The notes under the pieces: model-generated
The model's input: only the letters and a program-made list of their open reading frames with translations
Databases searched by the model: none
Told to the model about the DNA's origin: nothing
Program-made: the position numbers and the translations under genes
Shown: positions 10,174-19,017 of the stretch, piece by piece
How the letters are laid out: each line of letters opens with the position of its first letter
How positions within the stretch are numbered: the stretch's first letter is position 1
From: Minisyncoccota bacterium
GTDB lineage: Bacteria; Patescibacteriota; Minisyncoccia; Phycocordibacterales; DATDWN01
Direction of reading: 5' to 3'
Assembly (NCBI GenBank): GCA_041674105.1
Contig: JBAYWK010000002.1
Span: 79,411-143,410 of the forward strand
DNA: 64,000 bases

Positions 10174-10668
10174 TTAAATTATTTTTCCCCTTAACTCCAG
10201 TGCTCTTTCTATTATCCTATCTCCAATCTCACCCCAATCGAAATATTGTTTGTAATCTTTCGGATCTATTAGTTTTATTTCGGTAATACTTCCATCTGGG
10301 TCAGAAATGAAATCTCCATAAGGTTCCACTATGCAAACATAACGTAGTTGATTAAATATCTTTCCGTCAAAATGAACCTCTTGATATCCAATTGGTGCGA
10401 ATGAAAGAACTCTCATATTCGATTCTTCCTGAATTTCTCTTTTTAGACACTCTTCAAAAGTTTCTCCCTCTTCAATACTCCCGCCTGGTAAAATCCAGTG
10501 ACCACCGCCCTTGATACTGTAGACGACTACAATTTTATCACCAACAAAACAGACCCCGTATGTTTGCGTTACTTTTTTATCTAGAAGGTGGTCAAACGAA
10601 TCAGCGTCTTCATAGATTACTTCTGCTAACTTACCTTCTTTATCTGTAAATTGTGATTTTATTTGCAT
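10174..10668 (-). CDS. NUDIX hydrolase (tandem paralog)
   Basis: GGSIEEGETFEECLKREIQEES; shares CIVEPYGDF.SDPD..ITEIKL.DPKDY with neighbour. Confidence 0.92.
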   Translation of the reverse strand: MQIKSQFTDKEGKLAEVIYEDADSFDHLLDKKVTQTYGVCFVGDKIVVVYSIKGGGHWILPGGSIEEGETFEECLKREIQEESNMRVLSFAPIGYQEVHFDGKIFNQLRYVCIVEPYGDFISDPDGSITEIKLIDPKDYKQYFDWGEIGDRIIERALELRGKII

Positions 10669-10714
10669 AAGTAATTATTTAAACTATACCAGTTTTGGTT
10701 CGATTTTTAAAGAC

Positions 10715-10749
10715 AAAGAAAAAGCACCTGATTCAGGTGCTTTTTCTTT
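10715..10749. terminator. bidirectional terminator-like hairpin
   Basis: aaagaaaaagcacctg-att-caggtgctttttcttt. Confidence 0.7.
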
Positions 10750-10808
10750 CTTGAATACTGCTCTCAGCAGGTATGCAATGGTGGAATAGGTACTTGAGCC
10801 ATTTCGAG

Positions 10809-10838
10809 TCTCCTCGGAGTCCGAAACTATCTCAAGCT
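10809..10838 (+). repeat. direct repeat, left copy (putative att site)
   Basis: tctcctcggagtccgaaactatctcaagct identical to 14346-14375. Confidence 0.9.
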
Positions 10839-10931
10839 AGCTGGACGTCATGGACAATATCCGAATGATTTTAATATAGAAAAAGACTAATCTTAAAAGA
10901 CAGTCTTTTTCCTTAAAAACTAGATTACTAA

Positions 10932-11210
10932 CTAAATATTAGACGACATCCAATCTGTTACTTCTTTTGAAATACCTATTGTTGCCCAATCCAAAACATT
11001 TATATCTAGAATCAAAATACCATCATTTTGATCTATAATAGCTTTAATCTCATTTCTTATAACCTCAGTACTCTTGTCTGTTTTAACAAACCAAAGAGAT
11101 TTTAAGGGTTTAGACCAGTAATAAAAGCTTTTTATATAGTTTATAATCCTATTATAATCAGAAGGAGTTTCAGGAACTCTTAGATCATAAGATATTAAAA
11201 CTGTATTCAT
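10932..11210 (-). CDS. small Cas2/VapD-like ferredoxin-fold protein
   Basis: LISYDL N-terminal motif, ~90 aa, WSKPLKSLWFVKT, IDQNDGILI. Confidence 0.6.
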   Translation of the reverse strand: MNTVLISYDLRVPETPSDYNRIINYIKSFYYWSKPLKSLWFVKTDKSTEVIRNEIKAIIDQNDGILILDINVLDWATIGISKEVTDWMSSNI

Positions 11211-11231
11211 ATTTATGCTGTTGTGTGGAAC

Positions 11232-11423
11232 TTATCCACATTTTTTTTTGAGTTATCCAATAGTATTTAGTAAACTAAATACTATTGAAACCTTTCGACC
11301 AGATAAATACATCTTGTTGAAGGATTTTTAATAAATTTTTCTTGAAAAAGGTTGGGACCAAAAGGTCTTAGCCTTTTTCATTACCTATTTTACTCTAAAA
11401 CTTTACGAAAAAACTGTGGATAA
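11232..11423. promoter_or_regulatory. DnaA-box pair
   Basis: TTATCCACA at 11232-11240 and TGTGGATAA at 11415-11423, plus near match ttatccaat. Confidence 0.45.
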
Positions 11424-11570
11424 CATTCATTTCAAACTTCATGGAATAAATTCTTTAAAGTGTAAAGATTGGACAGAGAAAAGTTAAGTAATGGTCTCAT
11501 TTTAAAGTTATTTTTTTGTAAAAATAACTTTATCTCCAATTTTTATTCTAAATTTATAATTTATAACCAA

Positions 11571-11676
11571 ATAAAGCATGTACAGACATCCTGTCCGCTG
11601 CTCGCCCTACGGAGCTTCATATTCACAATGAAATATGTGGATATGAAGGGGCGAAGGATGTCCTGTACATGCTTAT
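11571..11676. repeat. imperfect palindromic element
   Basis: ataaagcatgtacagacatcct...aggatgtcctgtacatgcttat arms with inner stems. Confidence 0.75.
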
Positions 11677-12164
11677 ATTAAATTAGATATTGTTTCTTTT
11701 ACGGCCTCCTCGAAACTATCCCCTACTTTTATAAACTCAAGTGGTAGATTTGCTTCTTTAAACATTTGTTCTATTTGTGTATCTCTTTCAATACGATCTG
11801 GTCTATTATGAGATCCCCCATTTATTTCTAGAGCCAATACAGGATTAAAATACTTATCACATACCAGAAAATCAACATGCTTTGGTAAAATCTTATTTCT
11901 CATTTTGTAATAATCATGCCCATTCGGTACATCCAAAATATCAGCTATACGCATCTTTGGAAAAATATAATAATCTTCTGGTAATTGTTTTTTAAGTTCA
12001 AAGAAAAAAGCAGATTCACTCTGATTCATTACACTATATTTTTTCTTATAACTAGGACCTTTAGAAATACCTTCTGTTTTAATTTTCTTAAACCAGTTTA
12101 GATCTTTCAACAAACCTATACCGAGAAGTATTCCTATAAAAATGAAAATTGGTAGTATGTTCAT
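11673..12164 (-). CDS. DUF2726 (PD-(D/E)XK-like) membrane-anchored protein
   Basis: IFPKMRIADIL, KHVDFLVCD, LEINGGSH..RD. Confidence 0.88.
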   Translation of the reverse strand: MNILPIFIFIGILLGIGLLKDLNWFKKIKTEGISKGPSYKKKYSVMNQSESAFFFELKKQLPEDYYIFPKMRIADILDVPNGHDYYKMRNKILPKHVDFLVCDKYFNPVLALEINGGSHNRPDRIERDTQIEQMFKEANLPLEFIKVGDSFEEAVKETISNLI

Positions 12165-12166
12165 AA

Positions 12167-13060
12167 TTAGATTTCTTCAAAAAAATCTGTATCTATTTCT
12201 TTAAGTTCGTATAGGTTAGCACTTTGAATTCCAACATTGTACTTGATCATAAGATCAGTAAGTTGTTCTCCGTCAATAAGAACAATCTTGTGACTTGCAC
12301 CTTTTGCTTTTTTAATAGCAGAATCATCAAAAGATGAAGTTGTTACAAAAATTCCTTTACTAGCGTCTGAACTCATTGCTCCTATAAAATTTCTTATTTC
12401 CGGCTCTCTAACTTTGTGAGTATCAGCAAATCTTTTAGCTTGAATATAAATTTTTTCTAATCCTAGGCTATCCTGACTTATAACACCATCTACACCGCCA
12501 TCACCGGATTTTGGAGTTTCTTGAAAATCTCCGTACCCCATTTTTTGAAATAAAATCAGAGCAACACGTTCAAAGAAATAAGGATTACTTCCTTGTAATT
12601 TTTCTAATAAGTCACTTTTTAAAGCATCAGAAAATCTCTTAAAACCCTGATCTATCATGTCTTGAGGAGAAAACTTTTCAGATAAAACATTATTAACTTC
12701 TTCAGCGGTTTTTTTATTTCCTTCTGAAAAGAAAATGAAGGAAGGGTACTTTTTTAGAAAATTGACATCTATTTTCTTTACACCAGAAGATAGAACATTT
12801 AGTCCCTCTTCTGTTATTTTAAGATCTGAACCTTTTGATTCTTGTGAAATCAAACCGGCTTTTTTTAGATATGTCCTGCCCCAAGAAACACGATCAAAAA
12901 ATCTAGAATAACCATTCGAGACAGTTTCTTTTTTCTCTTCTTCGGTAAGATTATATTCTTTCTCTAAAATCTCACTAACATCTCTAATTTGGCGAGATTT
13001 TTTGTCGCCTAAAACATTTAGAATTGGAAACATTAATTCATCAAATTTGGGCATGGACAT
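12167..13060 (-). CDS. mrr: Mrr type IV restriction endonuclease
   Basis: Mrr_N (RVSWGRTYLKKAGLI) + Mrr_cat (SGDGGVDG, IYIQAKR, GIFVTTSSF). Confidence 0.95.
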   Translation of the reverse strand: MSMPKFDELMFPILNVLGDKKSRQIRDVSEILEKEYNLTEEEKKETVSNGYSRFFDRVSWGRTYLKKAGLISQESKGSDLKITEEGLNVLSSGVKKIDVNFLKKYPSFIFFSEGNKKTAEEVNNVLSEKFSPQDMIDQGFKRFSDALKSDLLEKLQGSNPYFFERVALILFQKMGYGDFQETPKSGDGGVDGVISQDSLGLEKIYIQAKRFADTHKVREPEIRNFIGAMSSDASKGIFVTTSSFDDSAIKKAKGASHKIVLIDGEQLTDLMIKYNVGIQSANLYELKEIDTDFFEEI

Positions 13061-13095
13061 ATATTTACATTACTTTTACGGATTATTTCACTTTT

Positions 13096-13389
13096 TTAAC
13101 CATTTGTCCACCAAGCACCTATTCTAGAACTAATTACTGTAAAAAATCCAATGACCAATAAAGACAAACCGAATCCAACAGATTTACCTAGGACAAAAAG
13201 ACCTAGAACAGTTAATCCTACACCCCACAGATACTGTCTTTTCCATTTTTTGTTTGTCCTTTCTATTTCTACTTTTTTTGTAATAACTTGAGATTCTATT
13301 CTAGAACTCATAGGATTACCACAATGAGGACAAGATTCTGCTTTATCTGAGATTTCCCTTTCACACTCACTACACTTTATTAGAGCCAT
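13096..13389 (-). CDS. zinc-ribbon membrane protein
   Basis: MALIKCSEC..ISDKAESCPHCG + C-terminal TM pair. Confidence 0.85.
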   Translation of the reverse strand: MALIKCSECEREISDKAESCPHCGNPMSSRIESQVITKKVEIERTNKKWKRQYLWGVGLTVLGLFVLGKSVGFGLSLLVIGFFTVISSRIGAWWTNG

Positions 13390-13520
13390 AAATTTAAATA
13401 AAACTTATAATTTATGTGCTAACTATAGTATGTAGAATCAAAGTTGGCAATTATAATATACACACTGAATGAAATCTTTCTGTAATCAAAATTCTATCTT
13501 TTACTAACCTCTTCGGACAT

Positions 13521-14345
13521 CTAACGAGCAACGATTTCAAGCACCCTTTCCTTGGGGACTGTAATTGAACTACAAATAGTTTCTTTTTCAACAATATAAT
13601 TAGTAATTATTTTCTTTCCGTCTGGCCCTGTATCATAATTATAACCAACTTCTCTTTGTAATTTGCATTTATTACCTGGATCTAAGTAAAGATAGTCTTT
13701 ACCGTCTAAAATTAGTGTATATAGCCCGAAACAAACATTCTCCTTGTCACAAGTATCTTGCGGCGCAAGAGCAGGCCCATTGTAAATGATAGTTGCTGGT
13801 ACCGAATTAGTGATTACTCGATAACTTAAACCTTGCTTTGCTGAATCAAAGGCAGCCCAACGAGGAAGAAAGAATGCAATAAACACAAATGCCGTCACAA
13901 TCAATATGGTTCTAAAGATGTTTCTGTATATAACTATCTTTAAACATATTTGGAAGTATTTGCCATTTATTTTAGATAAAATATTCCAATATTTTGAAAA
14001 CTCCTTATATAAAAATTTAGAAACAACGAATATGAACGAAAGTGTAAATGAATAAACTATAAAGTCCAAAAATAGTTGTCTTGATTCAGAACCAAGAAAC
14101 CATCCTTTAAAAAAATCAAATATTGTGAGCTGCTTTGCAAACCATGTTAGTGCGACCAGGAAAGTATTAACCCCTGATAGTAAAATTTCCTGAAATAAAA
14201 AATCACCTAGATTAACTGGGACACCATATTTGCTATAAAAATAATAGGATAAGAATACATAGCCTTCCCAATAAAGAATAATGACGAAGAAAATAAGGAG
14301 TGGAGCCCATTTGGTGAGAAAGTCTGTAAGGTTATTTTCTTTGAC
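13521..14345 (-). pseudogene. membrane protein, 5'-truncated at the att repeat
   Basis: frame of 13521..14069 stays open upstream (KENNLTDFLTKWAPLLIFFVIILYWEGY...) into the direct repeat with no ATG/GTG/TTG. Confidence 0.55.
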
Positions 14346-14375
14346 TCTCCTCGGAGTCCGAAACTATCTCAAGCT
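14346..14375 (+). repeat. direct repeat, right copy (putative att site)
   Basis: identical to 10809-10838; abuts tRNA-Gln 3' duplicate. Confidence 0.9.
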
Positions 14376-14560
14376 GGCTGCCCGACAAGGATCGTGATTA
14401 CACTTCTCTCCCTCGCCTCTCAAGTTTGCCGTCGCAAACTTTCGGGCTGGGCACCGACTCACGTCTTGGTTTTGCTAAAGCAAGAATCGCTCCGTCGTTC
14501 GAGTCCTTGTCGCAAAACATGTTTTGCTTCGGACATCAAAAACAGCTTCGCTGTTTTTTG
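14375..14560 (-). repeat. tRNA-trailer element after tRNA-Gln
   Basis: hairpin, split antisense tgtccga-A[gcaaaacatgttttgc]-gacaaggactcgaac, core with GCGACGGC stem, duplicate TCCTTGTCGGGCAG-CCA. Confidence 0.85.
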
Positions 14561-14631
14561 CTGCCCGACAAGGACTCGAACCTCGATACCTTGGACCAAA
14601 ACCAAGTGTCCTACCATTAGACGATCGGGCA
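14561..14631 (-). tRNA. tRNA-Gln(TTG)
   Basis: TGCCCGA/TCGGGCA acceptor, CTTGG-TT TTG GT-CCAAG, GTTCGAGTC T-loop; no encoded CCA. Confidence 0.95.
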
Positions 14632-14674
14632 ATACATATTTATTTTTACTACATTTATTTTTATTCTAAAGGTA

Positions 14675-14819
14675 TCGATACCTTGGACGCTTTTGGACTA
14701 TTTGCCAAGTGTCCTACTACAGCTCCGCAAAGCTACGCTGCACTGCGATTTCAAGAGATTGAGTACAATCTAAGAAATCGGGAGCATTAGACCTGTTTGC
14801 GCAAGCAAACGATCGGGCA
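14675..14819 (-). pseudogene. hairpin-interrupted 5' copy of tRNA-Gln
   Basis: TGCCCGATCG[insert]GTCTAATG[~65 nt insert]GTAGGACACTTGG[replacement]GTCCAAGGTATCGA. Confidence 0.85.
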
Positions 14820-14922
14820 ATATTTAAAATAAATGACAAGAGCAGTATAGCAGATTATAAAAATTTTTTCTATTCCAAAAAAAACTGTTATAATCAATAT
14901 CTTATTTTTAACAAACTTAGAT

Positions 14923-16665
14923 ATGAAATTGCTTTTCTCTTATATAAAAAAACAGAAAAAGGTTTTGTCCCTAGCCCTCATACTCGCCGTCATAAACCAA
15001 GTCTTTTCACTTCTTGACCCTCAAATATTCCGGATGATAGTGGACAACTATGCTACCAAGATCGCTTCCTTATCTACTGCGGAATTTGTGCAGGGAATAA
15101 TATTGCTTCTACTTTTGTCTATGGGTGTAGCTTTAGTTTCTAGAATAGCCAAAAGCTTTCAAGACTACTACGTAAGTACGGTTACCCAGAGAGTTGGGGC
15201 CGACCTGTATTCACACAGTATCACTCACTCTTTTTCTCTCCCCTACGCAGCTTTTGAAGACCAGAGGTCTGGAGAGTTGTTAATGAAATTGCAGAAAGCT
15301 AGAACCGATGTTCAAGGTTTGATTACAAGTTTTGTTGGTGTAATTTTCCTAACATCTGTTGGAATGATATTTGTGGTTACTTATGCTTTTTTAGTTAACT
15401 GGATTATAGGATTAGTTTATCTTCTCATTATACCAACAGTCGGTTCAGCTCAGTTTTTTCTTTCAAAAAGAATTAAAGCTACTCAAAAACAAATTGTTAC
15501 AGAAACAGCTTCTTTAGCTGGGTCTACAACCGAGACAATGCGAAATGTAGAACTAGTCAAAAGCCTAGGTCTTGAAGAACAGGAAACAGAAAGATTGAAT
15601 AATGTTAATGAACAAATCCTCTCACTAGAATTAAAGAAAATTAAGTTAATTCGTATGTTGTCTTTTGTACAAGGAACAATGATAAATGCTGTCCGTTCTG
15701 CATTGTTGTTTTTGATGATGTGGCTCATATTTGAAAGAGCTATTACCTTTGGTCAATTTTTTAGTTTGTACATATATCTATTCTTTATATTTGGACCATT
15801 GGCAGAACTTGGGTCAATAGCAAACTCATATCAGGAAACAAAAGCTAGTATGGAAAAACTTCAAGAAATCTTGGAGATAAAACCACAAGAGAAACCAAAA
15901 AATCCGATAAAAATAGGTGTTATTGATTCTATAAAATTTGAAGATATAAAATTTACATACACAGAAGGTAGAGAGCCTTCTGTAGAAAATATCTCTCTAA
16001 ATATTTTTAAAGGTGAGACTGTGGCTTTTGTTGGACCTTCTGGAGCTGGTAAAACGACTATGGTCAAACTGCTTTTGGGTCTCTATGAGCCCTTAGATGG
16101 AAAAATTCTAATTAGTGGAACAGATTCAAAAGAAATTGATTATGATGAGGTACGAAGACGCATTGGATATGTGTCCCAAGATACACAACTTTTTGCCGGG
16201 ACGATTAGGGAGAACTTGTTGTTCGTAAACCCAGAGGCCACAGACGAAGAATGTCTTCTGGCCCTAAGAAACTCTTCTGCTATGCCAATAATAGACAAGG
16301 AAGGCAAAGGGCTGGATACAAAAATTGGTGAGGGAGGTGTTAGAATTTCTGGAGGAGAAAAACAAAGACTTGCCATAGCTCGTGCCCTACTCAGAAAACC
16401 AGACCTAATTATTTTTGATGAAGCTACTTCTAGCCTTGATTCAATAACAGAAAAAGAAATTACTAAAACAATAAAAGAGATTACCAAACTTCATCCAGAA
16501 TTGATCACCGTTATGATCGCTCACAGACTTTCTACAATATCTCACTCAGATAAAATATTTGTTATGGAAAAAGGTAAATTGAGCGAAGAAGGAAAACACC
16601 AAGAACTTTTGGAAAAAAGAGGTCTTTATGCTGCCCTGTGGAGAGAACAAGAAGCCTCCCTTTAA
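14923..16665 (+). CDS. ABC transporter permease/ATP-binding (MsbA-like exporter)
   Basis: TM domain + GPSGAGKT, ISGGEKQR, DEATSSLD, AHRLST. Confidence 0.95.
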   Translation: MKLLFSYIKKQKKVLSLALILAVINQVFSLLDPQIFRMIVDNYATKIASLSTAEFVQGIILLLLLSMGVALVSRIAKSFQDYYVSTVTQRVGADLYSHSITHSFSLPYAAFEDQRSGELLMKLQKARTDVQGLITSFVGVIFLTSVGMIFVVTYAFLVNWIIGLVYLLIIPTVGSAQFFLSKRIKATQKQIVTETASLAGSTTETMRNVELVKSLGLEEQETERLNNVNEQILSLELKKIKLIRMLSFVQGTMINAVRSALLFLMMWLIFERAITFGQFFSLYIYLFFIFGPLAELGSIANSYQETKASMEKLQEILEIKPQEKPKNPIKIGVIDSIKFEDIKFTYTEGREPSVENISLNIFKGETVAFVGPSGAGKTTMVKLLLGLYEPLDGKILISGTDSKEIDYDEVRRRIGYVSQDTQLFAGTIRENLLFVNPEATDEECLLALRNSSAMPIIDKEGKGLDTKIGEGGVRISGGEKQRLAIARALLRKPDLIIFDEATSSLDSITEKEITKTIKEITKLHPELITVMIAHRLSTISHSDKIFVMEKGKLSEEGKHQELLEKRGLYAALWREQEASL

Positions 16666-16673
16666 AAAAAGAC

Positions 16674-17696
16674 TTATGTCTTTTTTATTATGTTTATTAA
16701 AGCAATTTCTAGAGGAAGTGATGGTATGTAAGCTCCCTTTGTATTTTCGTAGGCAGTTAAAAGCTCTACTAAAACACTAGATGTAAACTTGTCTTTTGAT
16801 TTTGACATTTCTTTTGCAAAATCAAATTGGTTTTGACTGATTTCATTTTTTACTACGTTTTCTTCACCAAAAGAAAGAAGCATAACAGCTCTAGTTATAT
16901 GTAAAATTAATTTTAGAAAAACAGAAATATCTATATTTTGAGAAACAGCCTCTTTGACTACAGAAAGGGCAGAAGAAAGATCTGCCTTTGCTATAGCAGA
17001 AACTACTCCGTTTACAAGTTCTATAGCTGGAGCACCTGTCACAAGCCTGACTTCGTCTTCTGAAATATTTTTATCTTTTGAAAAAGAAATTATTTTTTGG
17101 ACAATACCTAAAGTATCTCTAAAAGAACCATCACCTAAGAGAGAGACGAGCTCTGCAGAAGAATCTTCTATTTTAAATCCCTCTTTTTTGCAAATATTTT
17201 GAACAGTTTTTTTTAAGACTTCTTGAGTGGGTTTTTTAAAAGTATAAACCTGACAACGGGACAAAACTGTCTCTGGAATTTTGTGAGTCTCTGTAGTGGC
17301 CAATATGAAAATAACATGAGCTGGAGGCTCTTCTAGGGTCTTAAGGAGGGCGTTCCCGGCCTGTTTTGAAAGCATATGAGCTTCATCCAAAATATATACT
17401 TTATATTTTGAATCAAAAGGAAGCGAATGAACTGACTCGTTTATTTCACGAATATCATCTACTCCAGTATGAGAAGCAGCATCTATTTCATAAATATCGT
17501 TTGAGGTTGTACCTATTTCATTTGCAAAAATACGAGCCACACTTGTTTTGCCTATGCCACGAGTGCCGGCAAAAACATAAGCATGAGAAACATCGAGAGA
17601 CTTTACTTGAGCTTCTAAAACCTTGACCACATGGTCTTGACCAATAACATCTTCAAATTTTTTAGGTCTGTATTTTCTATATAGTACTTCGGACAT
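16674..17696 (-). CDS. dnaX: DNA polymerase III subunit gamma/tau
   Basis: LYRKYRP, GTRGIGKTS, EIDAAS, DEAHML, LKTLEEPP, SRC; start at MSEVL. Confidence 0.95.
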   Translation of the reverse strand: MSEVLYRKYRPKKFEDVIGQDHVVKVLEAQVKSLDVSHAYVFAGTRGIGKTSVARIFANEIGTTSNDIYEIDAASHTGVDDIREINESVHSLPFDSKYKVYILDEAHMLSKQAGNALLKTLEEPPAHVIFILATTETHKIPETVLSRCQVYTFKKPTQEVLKKTVQNICKKEGFKIEDSSAELVSLLGDGSFRDTLGIVQKIISFSKDKNISEDEVRLVTGAPAIELVNGVVSAIAKADLSSALSVVKEAVSQNIDISVFLKLILHITRAVMLLSFGEENVVKNEISQNQFDFAKEMSKSKDKFTSSVLVELLTAYENTKGAYIPSLPLEIALINIIKKT

Positions 17697-17724
17697 AGAG
17701 AGATTATACAAAAATTTTGATAAT

Positions 17725-17846
17725 AAAAAAAGGGACCAGCTATAAATAGTGGTCCCAAATGTGGGAGGTCGGCTGAGCTACCCTGAAATTAAAATGACGA
17801 AACTGGATCACCTCCTTCCCTCCTAAGGAGAACTCGGATAGCTTCT
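17725..17846 (-). ncRNA. candidate small RNA
   Basis: TTGACT-17bp-TACTAT promoter (17881-17853), agctatcc/gggtagct stem, intrinsic terminator gggacca..tggtccc-U7. Confidence 0.5.
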
Positions 17847-17885
17847 AAATAAATAGTACTCCCCCTCGACTATAGAGTCAAATGG

Positions 17886-17894
17886 TTATCCACA
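17886..17894 (+). promoter_or_regulatory. DnaA box upstream of dnaX
   Basis: perfect TTATCCACA. Confidence 0.5.
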
Positions 17895-17897
17895 ATA

Positions 17898-17995
17898 TAA
17901 AAGGGGCCGCACAAAATAAGTACGGCCCCTATACGCTCAGTAGAGAAGAGATTCTTGGTGGACTTGTTGCCACCATCCTCCTTTCCTGAAATCTA
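17898..17995 (-). ncRNA. candidate small RNA / micro-ORF unit
   Basis: TTGACA..TATAAT upstream (15-bp spacer), AAGGAGG, terminator ggggccgtac/gtgcggcccc-U4; 15-codon ORF 17929-17976. Confidence 0.35.
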
Positions 17996-18026
17996 CTATA
18001 CAAATTATAATTTTTAAAAAGTAATG

Positions 18027-18998
18027 TCAAGTTGATTTTAAATATTTATTTATTATTTCCTCTACCTCAAAAGCATCCTTGGTTTCCATAAGTTCCATTC
18101 TCAGCTCTTTTGCTCCATCAAAGCCTGTCACATAAGCTTTGTAATGTTTTTTCATAATAGCAAAACTTTTGTGAGGTAAAAGTTCTTCGTAAAGTTTAGT
18201 GTGCTCTACCAAAACTTTTAGCTTTTCTTCTATAGAAACATCTTCTACTTTTATACTTCTATTAAAACACCAAGGATTTCCAAAAATAGCCCTGCCAAGC
18301 ATTACACCATCACAACCAGTATCTTTTGCTTTTTGTTCTGCATCTTTTATATCCAAAACATCACCATTACCAAAAATTAAAGTTTTACTTTTCATATTAT
18401 CTCTTATCTCCACCGCTCTTTTTATAGTTTCCCACCTTGCTGGAACTTTTGACATCTCTTTTCTAGTACGAGCATGAATTATAATAACAGATGGTTCTGC
18501 TTCTAAAAGAGCGGGGAGCCAAGTTTCCAGCTCATCTTTATTGTAACCAATACGGGTTTTGACTGACACAGGCAAATCTCCTGCTCCCTCTTTCGCAGCT
18601 AAAATCAATTCTTTGGCTAAACTAGGATTTTTAATAAGATTTGCTCCTGCACCTTGTTTTTCAACACTTTTATCTGGGCATCCCATATTTATATCTATTC
18701 CGTCAAAGCCTAGCTCTTGTGCTAGCTCTGCTGACTTTTTCATCATATCTGGATTTGCAGTAAAAAATTGTGCTACGATAGGCCTCTCCTCTTTAGCAAA
18801 AGCTAAGTCTTTTATCAAAGCCTCCCTGCCACCTAAAAAAAGTCCGTCAGCAGAAACAAACTCGGTCCACATTACATCTGGTTTTCCATACTTGGAAATG
18901 ATACGACGAAAAGCTGGGTCTGTAACATCAGCCATTGGAGCCAATACCAAAATTGGCTTATCTTTTTTTTCTTTTTTTAATTCCTGCCAAAAATTCAT
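18027..18998 (-). CDS. dus: tRNA-dihydrouridine synthase
   Basis: LAPMADVTD, DINMGCP, SVKTRIG, HART, GNGD, MLGRA..GNPW. Confidence 0.95.
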   Translation of the reverse strand: MNFWQELKKEKKDKPILVLAPMADVTDPAFRRIISKYGKPDVMWTEFVSADGLFLGGREALIKDLAFAKEERPIVAQFFTANPDMMKKSAELAQELGFDGIDINMGCPDKSVEKQGAGANLIKNPSLAKELILAAKEGAGDLPVSVKTRIGYNKDELETWLPALLEAEPSVIIIHARTRKEMSKVPARWETIKRAVEIRDNMKSKTLIFGNGDVLDIKDAEQKAKDTGCDGVMLGRAIFGNPWCFNRSIKVEDVSIEEKLKVLVEHTKLYEELLPHKSFAIMKKHYKAYVTGFDGAKELRMELMETKDAFEVEEIINKYLKST

Positions 18999-19017
18999 AC
19001 TAAATAATAGTCTAGAC

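Larger units (their letters stand above)
10809..14391. mobile_element. putative integrase-less genomic island at tRNA-Gln 3' end
   Basis: 30-bp direct repeats, right copy fused to duplicated tRNA-Gln 3' end; cargo Mrr, DUF2726, Zn-ribbon, Cas2-like. Confidence 0.65.

Noticed and set aside
10932-13389. Integron cassette array
   Set aside because: No IntI integrase, and only one attC-like palindrome lacking canonical R boxes.
14394-14790. Short ORFs over tRNA-Gln and its elements (likewise ORFs at 27094-27519, 28319-28645, 38250-39531, 39813-40073, 61955-62203)
   Set aside because: Spurious translations of GC-rich tRNA and repeat sequence.
17803-17817. 16S rRNA gene fragment
   Set aside because: Only 15 nt match the 16S tail; flanks show no rRNA similarity, and promoter/terminator polarity points to the opposite strand.
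17725-17995. SRP RNA (often upstream of dnaX)
   Set aside because: No SRP domain IV motif (CAGG..GNRA..AGCA internal loop) recognisable on either strand.
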